Source: an uncultured Olsenella sp.
GTDB lineage: Bacteria > Actinomycetota > Coriobacteriia > Coriobacteriales > Atopobiaceae
Assembly (NCBI GenBank): GCA_959598545.1
Contig: CAUGFC010000001.1
Location: 1 to 47,815 of the forward strand
Length of the DNA stretch: 47,815 nt
Direction: 5' to 3'
Below are positions 9,625 through 18,772 of the stretch, in pieces (within the stretch, counting starts at the first letter, position 1; each line of letters begins with the position of its first letter). The notes below the pieces were generated by a model, which worked only from the letters and a program-made list of their open reading frames with translations, was not told where the DNA came from and did no database searches. Both the position numbers and the translations under genes were made by a program.

Positions 9625-10560
9625 GTGGACAGAGAGCAGATAGCGCGGGAGGTCCTCGCGGCCGTGGGCGGCAGGGACAACGTCACCGCGAACGACATCT
9701 GCATGACCCGCCTCAGGATTCTCACCGAGGACCCGACGCTCGTGGACACCGAGCAGCTCTCCGCGGCGCGCGGCGTGCTGGGATACGTGCGGCGCGGGTC
9801 GAAGGGCATCGAGGTCGTGTTTGGCCCCGGCAAGGTCGAGGCGGTCCATGAGGCGCTCGTTCGACTCACGGGCCTCGAGGGCGACGAGGAGGCCTTCGAG
9901 TCTCCCGCGCGGCCAGCCGCGGCGCCCCTGCACGTCCACATCTCGCAGAACCCGCTGCGCGACGCCGCCCGCGTCCAGCAGGAGGCAGACGACCCCGAGG
10001 AGGTCTCGGGAGGCTCCGAGGGTGTCGAGGACCTGGTCAGCCTGCTCGGCGCGATCGACTCGGTCGCCCCGACCGACGAGTCGGACCTCGACGAGGCCGA
10101 GGAGGACACGCTCCACACCACGGCACGCGTGCTCGTGATCAACGGACCCAACATCAACCTGCTCGGGATGCGCGAGCCGGACATCTACGGACACGACTCC
10201 TACCGTGCCATGCTGCAGCTCTGCCACGAGTGTGCCAAGGAGGCGGGATTCGCCGAGTGCACCTGCTTCCAGTCCAACCACGAGGGTGACCTCATCGACG
10301 CCATACAGGACGCGTACGGGACCTATGCCGGCATCATCATCAACCCCGGGGCCTACACGCACACCTCCATCGCCATCCTCGACGCCGCCCGCGCCGTGGG
10401 CCTGCCCATGGTGGAGGTCCACATCTCGAAGGTCGACGAGCGCGAGGAGTTCCGTCAGGTGTCCTACATCCGCGACGCCTGCTTCGAGACGGTCTCCGGC
10501 ATGGGCATCGAGGGCTACCGCAAGGCAATGCTCGATCTTGCCGCCTATCTCGGGCTGTAG
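9625..10560 (+). CDS. aroQ: Type II 3-dehydroquinate dehydratase with N-terminal PTS EIIB (glucose/sucrose-family) domain
   Basis: C-terminal NGPNINLLGMREPDIYG, QSNHEG, NPGAYTHTS, VEVHIS. N-terminal VGGRDNV-x5-CMTRLR...EVVFGPG. GTG start at 9625 after GGAAGG; GTG 9571 is an alternative. Confidence 0.9.
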   Translation: MDREQIAREVLAAVGGRDNVTANDICMTRLRILTEDPTLVDTEQLSAARGVLGYVRRGSKGIEVVFGPGKVEAVHEALVRLTGLEGDEEAFESPARPAAAPLHVHISQNPLRDAARVQQEADDPEEVSGGSEGVEDLVSLLGAIDSVAPTDESDLDEAEEDTLHTTARVLVINGPNINLLGMREPDIYGHDSYRAMLQLCHECAKEAGFAECTCFQSNHEGDLIDAIQDAYGTYAGIIINPGAYTHTSIAILDAARAVGLPMVEVHISKVDEREEFRQVSYIRDACFETVSGMGIEGYRKAMLDLAAYLGL

Positions 10561-10577
10561 ACGCTTCTCGCCGCGCG

Positions 10578-11195
10578 CTACCGCCCGCGGCAGCTCCAGA
10601 CGCCGCCCTCCGTGGCGATGAAGTCGACGGGTACGTCGTGACCGTCCGTGGGGAGCGGGTTCGAGGAGAGCATGGTGGTCCGCGCGAGGCCAATCTTGTC
10701 GCCGGGATAGAAGGCGAGGAAGCGGTCGTAGTAGCCACCGCCGTAGCCGACGCGATGGCCGTTGCCGTCGAAGACGAGGCCCGGGACCAGGCAGACGGAT
10801 CCGACGAGCCGCGCGGGATCGTCGAGCACCGGGGCGTCGACCGTCGGCTCCAGGATTCGCATCGTGCCCGGCACGAGCTCGTCAAGCGAAGAGATCTCGT
10901 GGAAGGAGATAGCGTGCTCGTCCCGATTGACGCGGGGGACGGCGACGCGGCGGCCCTCGGCGAGGACGGCCTCTATGAGGTCGAGCGTCCCGACCTCGGC
11001 GGCGCGGGAGACGTAGGTGAGCACGAGGGGGGCCTCGGCGAAGATCGGGAACGCCCTCAGCGCGCTCAGGATGGAGGAGTCGCTCTGGATGCGGGTGCGC
11101 GCGGGGATGGTGCGGCGGGCGGCGAGGTAGTTGCTCCGCAGTGAGCTCTTGTCGGCGTCGGTGCCATATGAGCTTGCCAAGGAAGCCTCCTCCAC
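10578..11195 (-). CDS. 5-formyltetrahydrofolate cyclo-ligase
   Basis: KSSLR, EVGT, VPRV, LVPGLVFD..GHRVGYGGGYYDRFL, HDVPVDFIATE. Confidence 0.93.
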   Translation of the reverse strand: MEEASLASSYGTDADKSSLRSNYLAARRTIPARTRIQSDSSILSALRAFPIFAEAPLVLTYVSRAAEVGTLDLIEAVLAEGRRVAVPRVNRDEHAISFHEISSLDELVPGTMRILEPTVDAPVLDDPARLVGSVCLVPGLVFDGNGHRVGYGGGYYDRFLAFYPGDKIGLARTTMLSSNPLPTDGHDVPVDFIATEGGVWSCRGR

Positions 11196-11322
11196 GCGCT
11201 GAGTCAGACCCCTTCATTCTATCAGGGTTTCTCTCCCCTGCGTTCGCACTTCGGACGTGTTTGCCGTACCATGGTGCGCTGGTTGAGACAAGCGCGACCG
11301 CGCGTGATCGGATGGAGGCACC

Positions 11323-12372
11323 ATGCCAAACGAGGGCAGCTACGAGGCGGCACTGCGCCGCAGCAACGAGGTCCACGCCGACCTGCTCGTCCACCCCGAG
11401 AGCTACACCATGCTCACGGGGGACCGCCCGACGGGGCGCCTGCACCTCGGCCACTACTTCGGCACGCTCGTCGACCGCGTCCGGCTACAGGACATGGGCG
11501 TGCGCACCAACGTCATCATCGCGGACTACCAGGTCATCACCGACCGCGACACCACCGAGCACATCCGCGACAACGTCTACAACATGGTCGTCGACTACCT
11601 CGCGTGCGGGCTCGACCCCGAGAGGACGATGATCTTCACGCACTCCGCGGTGCCCGAGCTCAACCAGCTCATGCTGCCGTTCCTCAGCCTCGTGACCGAG
11701 GCTGAGATGGAGCGCAACCCCACCGTCAAGGCTGAGCAGGAGGCCTCCGGCCACGCGCTCACGGGGCTGCTGCTCACCTACCCCGTGCACCAGGCGTGCG
11801 ACATCCTCTTCTGCAAGGGCAACATCGTGCCCGTGGGACGCGATCAGCTCCCCCACATCGAGATCACCTCCAAGATCGCCCGTCGCTTCAACGAGCGCTA
11901 CGGGAAGGTCTTCCCCGAGGTGACGGGCCTTCTCACCTCCACGCCGCTGCTCCCGGGCCTCGACGGGCGCAAGATGAGCAAGTCCTACGGCAACGCGATC
12001 TCCATCTCCATGACGGCCGAGGAGACGGCCAGGCTCATCAAGAAGTCCAAGAGCGACTCCGAGCGCAACATCACCTTCGACCCCGAGAACCGCCCGGAGA
12101 TCTCCGGCCTGCTCACCACCGCCGGCATCTGCACCGGGCGCGACCCGCGCGAGATCGCCGAGGAGATCGGCATGGGCGGCGCGGGGCAGCTCAAGCGCTA
12201 CGTCACCGAGGCCGTCAACGGCTACTTCGCCCCCATCCGCGAGCGCCGCGAGGAGCTCGCGAAGGACATGGGGTACGTGTCGGACGTCCTGCACGAGGGT
12301 AACCGCCGCGCCCGCGAGATCGCCGCCGCGACCCTCGACGAGGTCCGCGAGGCGATGGGCATGGTGTACTAG
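11323..12372 (+). CDS. trpS: Tryptophan--tRNA ligase
   Basis: TGDRPTGRLHLGHY (HIGH motif), YPVHQACDIL, VPVGRDQLPH, KMSKS; GGAGG RBS. Confidence 0.96.
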   Translation: MPNEGSYEAALRRSNEVHADLLVHPESYTMLTGDRPTGRLHLGHYFGTLVDRVRLQDMGVRTNVIIADYQVITDRDTTEHIRDNVYNMVVDYLACGLDPERTMIFTHSAVPELNQLMLPFLSLVTEAEMERNPTVKAEQEASGHALTGLLLTYPVHQACDILFCKGNIVPVGRDQLPHIEITSKIARRFNERYGKVFPEVTGLLTSTPLLPGLDGRKMSKSYGNAISISMTAEETARLIKKSKSDSERNITFDPENRPEISGLLTTAGICTGRDPREIAEEIGMGGAGQLKRYVTEAVNGYFAPIRERREELAKDMGYVSDVLHEGNRRAREIAAATLDEVREAMGMVY

Positions 12373-12395
12373 GCGCGACTCGCGTCTCGCAGGGA

Positions 12396-12480
12396 AGAAG
12401 GGGACAAGGTCCGGCGCTCGGACAGCTTCGCGCGCAGAGGGCGCGCGCTGCAGAACTCGCGGCGGACCTTGTCCCCTTCT
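12396..12480. repeat. Long inverted repeat between convergent trpS and arcB
   Basis: Perfect 18-bp arms AGAAGGGGACAAGGTCCG (12396-12413) and CGGACCTTGTCCCCTTCT (12463-12480); outer CGCGTCT/AGACGCG also pairs. Confidence 0.85.
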
Positions 12481-12519
12481 CCAGACGCGCGTGTCGGGCG
12501 ACTCGACCGGAAGGGTCTT

Positions 12520-13518
12520 TTACCTGAGGGTCGCCAGCATGACGGCCTTGATGCTGTGAAGGCGGTTCTCGGCCTCGTCGAAGACGCGGCTGCGCGGCCC
12601 CTCGAAGACCTCGTCCGTGACCTCGAGCTCGGGCAGGCCGAACTTCTGGTAGACCTCCTCGCCGATGTCGGTCTTGCGGTCGTGGAAGCTCGGGAGGCAG
12701 TGCATGAAGATGGCGTCCGGCTCGGTCTTGGCCATGAGCTCGGCGTTGACCTGGTAGGGGGACAGCAGGCGGATGCGCTCGCCCCACAGCTCGGCGCTCT
12801 CGCCCATGGAGACCCAGATGTCGGTGTAGATCACGCTGGCGCCGCGCGCGCCCTCGTCGACGTCCGCGGTCAGGGTGATCGTGGCACCCGTATCCGCGGC
12901 GACCGCGCGGCAGGTCTCGACGAGCGCGGCGTCGGGCATCTGCTCGGCCGGGCCGCAGGCGCAGAAGTCGATGCCGAGCTTGGCGCAGACGACCATGAGC
13001 GAGTTGCCGACGTTGTTGCCGGCGTCACCCATGAAGGTCACCTTGCGACCGCGCATGCCGCCGCGGCCGAACTCCTCCTCCATCGTGAGGACGTCGGCGA
13101 TCATCTGCGTGGGGTGGAACTCGGTGGTGAGGCCGTTCCACACCGGGACGCCCGCGTACTCCGCGAGCTCCTCGACGCGCTCCTGGCCGTAGCCACGATA
13201 CTCGATGCCGTCGAACATGCGGCCGAGGACGCGGGCGGTGTCGGCGATGGACTCCTTCTTGCCGATCTGGGACGCGCTCGGGTCGAGATAGACGGCGTGC
13301 ATGCCAAGGTCGGCGGCGCCCACCTCGAAGGAGCAGCGGGTGCGTGTGGAGGTCTTCTCGAAGATGAGGGCGACGTTCTTCCCCTCGAGGTAGCGGTGCG
13401 GCTCCCCCGCGTGCTTCTTGGCCTTGAGATCGGCCGAGAGGTCCAGCAGGTAGCGGATCTCCTCCGGCGTGAAGTCGAGGAGCTTGAGGAAGTTGCGTCC
13501 GGTGAGGCTTACGGCCAT
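12520..13518 (-). CDS. arcB: Ornithine carbamoyltransferase (likely catabolic)
   Basis: STRTR, HPTQ and HCLP motifs; ATG 13518 after AGGGAG; directly downstream of arcA. Confidence 0.95.
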   Translation of the reverse strand: MAVSLTGRNFLKLLDFTPEEIRYLLDLSADLKAKKHAGEPHRYLEGKNVALIFEKTSTRTRCSFEVGAADLGMHAVYLDPSASQIGKKESIADTARVLGRMFDGIEYRGYGQERVEELAEYAGVPVWNGLTTEFHPTQMIADVLTMEEEFGRGGMRGRKVTFMGDAGNNVGNSLMVVCAKLGIDFCACGPAEQMPDAALVETCRAVAADTGATITLTADVDEGARGASVIYTDIWVSMGESAELWGERIRLLSPYQVNAELMAKTEPDAIFMHCLPSFHDRKTDIGEEVYQKFGLPELEVTDEVFEGPRSRVFDEAENRLHSIKAVMLATLR

Positions 13519-13597
13519 GTTCTTCTCCCTTCGGGGACGGCTGGTCCGCAGCCGATTGTAGCGCAAGGGACGAGAAGGACGCCCCTCTCGACTCCCC

Positions 13598-14848
13598 CTA
13601 CACGGCGTCTCGCCAGAACGCCATCGACATGCAGTGCGGACCGCCGCGGCCGCGCGAGAGCTCGGCGGAGGGAATCTCCAGAAGCTCGATGCCCTCGCGT
13701 GAGAGGATGTCGTTTGTGACGGCGTTGCGCTGGTACACGAGGACGCGGCCGGGGGCGACGGCGAGCGTGTTGGAGCCGTCGTTCCACTGCTCGCGCACGC
13801 TCGCGATCGGGTCCTCGCCGCCGCACTTGATCAGGCGGACGGCGTCGAGCCCCAGGGCGCGGGCGAGGATCTCGTCGAGGGATCCGTCCAGACGCCTGAT
13901 GCCGACCTCGCCCTCGCGCGCGCCGCGGGTGAGCTCGAAGACGACGAGCGTGCCGAGGATCCCCGGGTGAACGGTGAACGTGTCGACGTCGACCTGGGTG
14001 AAGACGGTGTCCAGGTGCATGAACGAGCGCTTGTGCGGGATCGAGAACGCGAAGACGCGCGCGATGCCCGACTCGGGCTCGCCCCACAGCAGTCGCGCGG
14101 CAAGCTCGTCGATCGCCGCCGGGGAGGTGCGCTCCGAGATGCCCACGCCGATGACGTCGGGTCCGAGCACGAGGATGTCGCCACCCTCGATGTTGTGCGG
14201 GCGGTCGCTCGTGTACCACAGCGGCGTCCCGCCGTACTCCGGGTGGTAGCGGAGCAGGAACTCGCCGAAGACCCCCTCGCGACGGCGCGTGCGCGAGAGC
14301 ATGCTGTTGAGGGAGACGCCGGAACCGATGACCGAGAACGTGTCCCGGGTGAAGTAGATGTTGGGGATGGGGTCGATGACCAGGGGGGAGCCGGCGTTGC
14401 GGTCGGTGAGCATGAGGTCGGCGAGCGAGGCGGCGCGCGCCGGGGAGAGGTCGAGCTCGTCGGCGCGCACGCCCTCTATGCACTTGTCGACGAGCGCGCG
14501 CGTGCCGTCGATGGAGTCCAGGAGCTCGCGCACGGCTGCTCGCGCGGCGCGACCGGGGAGGCCCGCCTCGTCCAGCCAGCGCTCGCAGAACTCGGCGCGC
14601 GCGCCGGGCACGGCATCGAGCGCCTCGGCGACGAGCTCGTCGAGGTGGAGCACCTCGACCCCCTCGTCGGCGAGCATGCGGGCGAAGCAGTCGTGCTCGC
14701 GCTGCGCCTCCTCGAGGAACGGGATGTCGTCGAAAAGCAGCGGGCCGAGCGTGTCCGGCGAGAGGTTCAGGAGCTCGTTTCCCGGGCGATAGAGCATCAC
14801 CTTGCGCAGGCGCCCGATCTCAGCGCGAATGTTCAGTCCCTCGTGCAT
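13598..14848 (-). CDS. arcA: Arginine deiminase
   Basis: [54 protein letters not shown] (catalytic Cys). GTG 14860 is an alternative start. Confidence 0.96.
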   Translation of the reverse strand: MHEGLNIRAEIGRLRKVMLYRPGNELLNLSPDTLGPLLFDDIPFLEEAQREHDCFARMLADEGVEVLHLDELVAEALDAVPGARAEFCERWLDEAGLPGRAARAAVRELLDSIDGTRALVDKCIEGVRADELDLSPARAASLADLMLTDRNAGSPLVIDPIPNIYFTRDTFSVIGSGVSLNSMLSRTRRREGVFGEFLLRYHPEYGGTPLWYTSDRPHNIEGGDILVLGPDVIGVGISERTSPAAIDELAARLLWGEPESGIARVFAFSIPHKRSFMHLDTVFTQVDVDTFTVHPGILGTLVVFELTRGAREGEVGIRRLDGSLDEILARALGLDAVRLIKCGGEDPIASVREQWNDGSNTLAVAPGRVLVYQRNAVTNDILSREGIELLEIPSAELSRGRGGPHCMSMAFWRDAV

Positions 14849-14982
14849 TGGGGCTCCCACCGTGAGGTTCCTTTCATAACCATAACGCACGCGGCGCCGT
14901 TCGTCCCATGTGCGGCTGCTATCATCATGAGAGGACACAATTCGGCGCCCCCGGGCGCCGCGAGACGAGAGGTGCGAGTGCT

Positions 14983-17421
14983 ATGGGCAAGGACGCTGCC
15001 GAGAAGAACGGCAAGGCCGCGGTGAAGGCGGAGACGCACGCCAAGGAACCGAAGGCGAACAAGGCCGCGAAGGGCGAGAAGAGGGCCGAGCGGGCCCCCG
15101 AGCGCGACTTCTCCTACACGCAGAACCGCGAGATCAGCTGGCTGCGCTTCGACGACCGCATCCTCGACGAGGCCTACGACGAGAGCGTCCCCGTGTTCGA
15201 GCGCCTCAAGTTCTGCGAGATCGTGGAGTCCAACCTCGACGAGTGGTTCATGATCCGCGTGGGCGGCCTCTCCGACCTCGCCTCCCTCAAGAACCAGCCC
15301 AAGGACAACAAGTCGAACATGACGCCCGAGGAGCAGCTCGACGCCGTGTTCGAGGCCCTTCCCCCGCTGATCGAGCGCCACGAGAAGGGTCTTGCCCAGG
15401 TCGAGGCGGCGCTCGCCGAGCACGGGCTGGTGCGCGTCTCCCCCGCAGACTACACCGAGGCCGACCGCGCCGCCGTCCAGCGCCACTTCGACCGTCGCCT
15501 GGCGCCCATCATCTCCCCGCTCATCGTCGATCCGCGCCACCCCTTCCCGAACCTTCGGAACGGCCGCCTCTTCGTCGCGTGCTCGCTCGACGGCGCCGAG
15601 GAGACGGGGCTTCTCGGCATGATCGAGGTCCCCGCCGCCGAGGCGCGCGTCGTCGTGCTCCCCGCCTCTGCCAAGGCGTATCGCTACACCCTGCTCGAGG
15701 ACGTGCTGGAGACCTGCCTCGACCAGTGCTTCGGCGACTACGTCCCCAAGCGCTCCGTCGTGCTGCGGGTCACACGCAACGCCGACATCGACCCGGACGG
15801 CGAGGGCGTCGAGGAGGAGGAGGACTACCGCCAGCACATGAAGAAGGTCCTGAAGCTGCGACAGCGGTTGCAGCCGATCCGCCTCGAGATCCGCGGCAAG
15901 CTCGGCAAGAAGCTCGAGGACCTCATCGCCGCCGAGCTCTCCCTCGAGCCGCGCCGCATCTTCCACCTGGACCGCCCGATCGACCTCGGCTACGTCTACG
16001 GCCTCGAGTCGGCCATCCCCGACCACGAGCACACCTCCTGCGTGTATCGTCCCTTCGAGCCGCAGATCTCCCCTATGGTCGACCTCTCCCTCCCCATGCG
16101 CGGCCAAGTGGAGGACCACGACGTCCTGCTCACCTACCCCTACGAGTCCATGACCCCGCTTCTTCGCCTCGTGCGCGAGGCGTCCTCCGACGACGCGTGC
16201 ATCTCCATCAAGATCACGCTCTACCGCGTCGCAAAGAGCTCGCACCTTTGCGAGAGCCTCATCAGCGCCGCCGAGGCCGGCAAGGACGTGACCGTCCTCA
16301 TGGAGCTGCGCGCCCGCTTCGACGAGGCCAACAACATCGCCTGGGCCGAGCGGCTCGAGGACGCCGGCTGCACGGTGATCTACGGTTCCGAGGGCTTCAA
16401 GTGCCACTCCAAGATCTGCCAGATCACCTACCACGACCGTGACGGCATCAGCCGCATCACCTGCCTGGGAACCGGCAACTTCAACGAGAAGACCGCCACG
16501 CTCTACTCGGACTTCATGCTGCTCACGGCAGACGAGGGCATCGGCGCCGACGGCAACACCTTCTTCCGCAACCTCTCGCTCGGCAACCTCCGCGGCAGCT
16601 ACAAGCACCTCGGCGTGGCGCCGGTCGGCCTCAAGCCGCTCGTGATGCGCGGCCTCGACCGCGAGATCTCCCGCGCGCGCGAGGGCGCGCCCGCGAAGGT
16701 CTTCCTCAAGATGAACTCGCTCACCGACCGCGACGTCATCGACAAGATCTCCGAGGCCTGCGAGGCGGGCGTCGAGGTGGTCATGATCGTCCGCGGCATC
16801 TGCTGCATCAAGGCGGGCGTCCCCGGCAGGACCGACGGCCTCGTGGTGCGCCAGATCGCCGGCCGCTTCCTCGAGCACGCCCGCATCTACGCGTTCGGCG
16901 AGTACATGGACACGATCTACCTCTCGAGCGCCGACATGATGACGAGAAACACCGAGAGGCGCGTCGAGATCGCCTACCCCGTGCGCGACCCCGCGTGCTC
17001 CGAGATCGTTCGTCACTTCGTCGAGCTGCAGCTCTCTGACAACGTGAAGGCACGTCAGCTCACGGCCGAGGGGACCTGGGCGCGCGTGGACGCCGACGAG
17101 AACGCCCCGCGCATCGTCTGCCAGGAGGAGCTGCTCCGGGAGGCCTACGCGCGCGCCCGTGCCGCCGCCGATGAGCGCGCCGCCGCACAGAAGGCCGGGC
17201 GGATCCAGCCCGAGGCGTCCGCCGCCCCGGCGCTCGCCTCCGTCGATGAGGCGCCCGCGGAGTCCGCAGAGGGCCCGGGGGTCACCGAGTCGTCCGCACC
17301 CGTTGCCGAGCCCGTCGTCGTGGCACCGGCGACCAAGCCTGTCAGGCGGGGACGCCTCTCCCGCTCCCTCTCGCTCTTCGGCCAGGCATTCGGCACCCTC
17401 TTCGGCGGGGGTGACGAGTGA
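14983..17421 (+). CDS. ppk1: Polyphosphate kinase 1 with low-complexity N- and C-terminal extensions
   Basis: NREISWL, NLDEWFMIRV, HPFP, YPYES, IKITLYR, ELRARFDE, KCHSK, GTGNFN, RFLEHAR, SSADMMTRN. Confidence 0.96.
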   Translation: MGKDAAEKNGKAAVKAETHAKEPKANKAAKGEKRAERAPERDFSYTQNREISWLRFDDRILDEAYDESVPVFERLKFCEIVESNLDEWFMIRVGGLSDLASLKNQPKDNKSNMTPEEQLDAVFEALPPLIERHEKGLAQVEAALAEHGLVRVSPADYTEADRAAVQRHFDRRLAPIISPLIVDPRHPFPNLRNGRLFVACSLDGAEETGLLGMIEVPAAEARVVVLPASAKAYRYTLLEDVLETCLDQCFGDYVPKRSVVLRVTRNADIDPDGEGVEEEEDYRQHMKKVLKLRQRLQPIRLEIRGKLGKKLEDLIAAELSLEPRRIFHLDRPIDLGYVYGLESAIPDHEHTSCVYRPFEPQISPMVDLSLPMRGQVEDHDVLLTYPYESMTPLLRLVREASSDDACISIKITLYRVAKSSHLCESLISAAEAGKDVTVLMELRARFDEANNIAWAERLEDAGCTVIYGSEGFKCHSKICQITYHDRDGISRITCLGTGNFNEKTATLYSDFMLLTADEGIGADGNTFFRNLSLGNLRGSYKHLGVAPVGLKPLVMRGLDREISRAREGAPAKVFLKMNSLTDRDVIDKISEACEAGVEVVMIVRGICCIKAGVPGRTDGLVVRQIAGRFLEHARIYAFGEYMDTIYLSSADMMTRNTERRVEIAYPVRDPACSEIVRHFVELQLSDNVKARQLTAEGTWARVDADENAPRIVCQEELLREAYARARAAADERAAAQKAGRIQPEASAAPALASVDEAPAESAEGPGVTESSAPVAEPVVVAPATKPVRRGRLSRSLSLFGQAFGTLFGGGDE

Positions 17422-18752
17422 GCGGTTCGCCCGAGCTCGAACTGACCTGCGAGCGAATGACCTACGGGCCCGATGCCCTTGCACACGACCCAGACGGCCG
17501 CGCCGTGTTCGTCTCCGGCGCCGTGGCGGGAGATCGCGTCCGCGCTGTCGTCGACCGCGACGAGGGGCGCTGGGCGCACGCGGTCGCCGTCGAGCTGACC
17601 GAGGCCTCGCCCGAGCGCGTCGTCCCCCGCTGCCCCCATGCGGGCGCCTGCGGGGGCTGCCCTTGGGCGGCGCTCTCATACGAGGCCCAGGCACGCGCCA
17701 AGCGCGACGGCGTCGTCGACGCGCTCGCGCGCATCGGACACGTGGGCACCGAGCGAGCCGAGGCGCTCGTCGCATCGCTCGTCACCCCGGAAGACCCCTG
17801 GGGGTACCGCAACAAGGTCGAGCTCGCCGTCGCGCGCGACGCGCGCGGAAGGGTGACACTCGGCATGCACGGCCGCGGCGAGGGCGACGTCGTGCGGGTC
17901 AAGAGCTGCGCGCTGCTCGACAGGGCGCATTCCGGAGCCGTGAAGTCGGTCTCGGGCGCCCTCGGCTACCTCGCCGGAAGCCACGACCTCCAGCTCGAGC
18001 GCGTCGGGATTCGCATCTCGAGGCGCACGCGCGACCTCGAGGTGGCGCTCTGGACGAGGCCGGGGGCGTTCCCCCGCGCCCAGGTCGCCAAAGTGCTCGG
18101 CGACGCCCTGCGTCCGACGTCGGTCGTTCGCGTCATGCAGAAGGGGCCCGCCAAGGCCCGTCGCATCGCCGGCGTCGAGTGCCTCTCGGGTGCGGGCTCA
18201 TGGGGCGAGGTCGTGGGCAAGGAGTCGATGCGGGTGTCGGCGCCGTCCTTCTTCCAGGTAAACACCAGGGGCGCCGAGAAGCTCGTGGAGCTCGTCATGG
18301 AGGCGCTCGACCCGCAGGCCGACGAGGAGGCCATGGACCTCTACTGCGGGGCGGGCACCTTCACGCTCCCGCTCGCGCGCCGCGCGGGCTTCGTCTCCGC
18401 CGTCGAGTCGTATGGCCCGGCCGTGCGCGACCTGCGCCGCAACCTCGAGCGCGCGGGACTGGGCAACGTCGACGCAGTGGGGGGCGACGCCGGGCGCGAG
18501 TTCCCCGACACCGAAGCCGACGTCATCGTCGTCGACCCGCCGCGCGCCGGTCTCGCCGCGGACGTCGTCTCACGCCTCTCAGAGCAGCCCGCGCGTGCCA
18601 TCGCCTACGTGAGCTGCGATCCCGCCACGCTTGCCCGCGACCTGGCGCGCTTCGAGGAGGTCGGGGCCTTCAGGCCCGTCCGGGTCACGCCCGTGGACCT
18701 CTTCCCCCAGACCTACCACGTGGAGACGGTCACCCTGCTCGAGCGCGCGTGA
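17418..18752 (+). CDS. rlmD: 23S rRNA (uracil-5)-methyltransferase RlmD/RumA
   Basis: TRAM-like N-terminus, CPHAGACGGC Fe-S motif, SFFQVN, DLYCGAG, VDPPRAG, YVSCDPATLARD, DLFPQTYHVE. Confidence 0.93.
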   Translation: MSGSPELELTCERMTYGPDALAHDPDGRAVFVSGAVAGDRVRAVVDRDEGRWAHAVAVELTEASPERVVPRCPHAGACGGCPWAALSYEAQARAKRDGVVDALARIGHVGTERAEALVASLVTPEDPWGYRNKVELAVARDARGRVTLGMHGRGEGDVVRVKSCALLDRAHSGAVKSVSGALGYLAGSHDLQLERVGIRISRRTRDLEVALWTRPGAFPRAQVAKVLGDALRPTSVVRVMQKGPAKARRIAGVECLSGAGSWGEVVGKESMRVSAPSFFQVNTRGAEKLVELVMEALDPQADEEAMDLYCGAGTFTLPLARRAGFVSAVESYGPAVRDLRRNLERAGLGNVDAVGGDAGREFPDTEADVIVVDPPRAGLAADVVSRLSEQPARAIAYVSCDPATLARDLARFEEVGAFRPVRVTPVDLFPQTYHVETVTLLERA

Positions 18753-18772
18753 GCCCGGGGGGCGCGCCCGCG

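Noticed and set aside
11196..11322. 6S RNA upstream of the 5-formyl-THF cyclo-ligase gene, or a T-box before trpS
   Set aside because: Only 127 nt shared by divergent genes; too short, with no T-box motif or long 6S-like stem.
14865..14930. ArgR box upstream of arcA
   Set aside because: The AT-rich patch TTCATAACCATAACGCA does not fit the ARG-box spacing convincingly.
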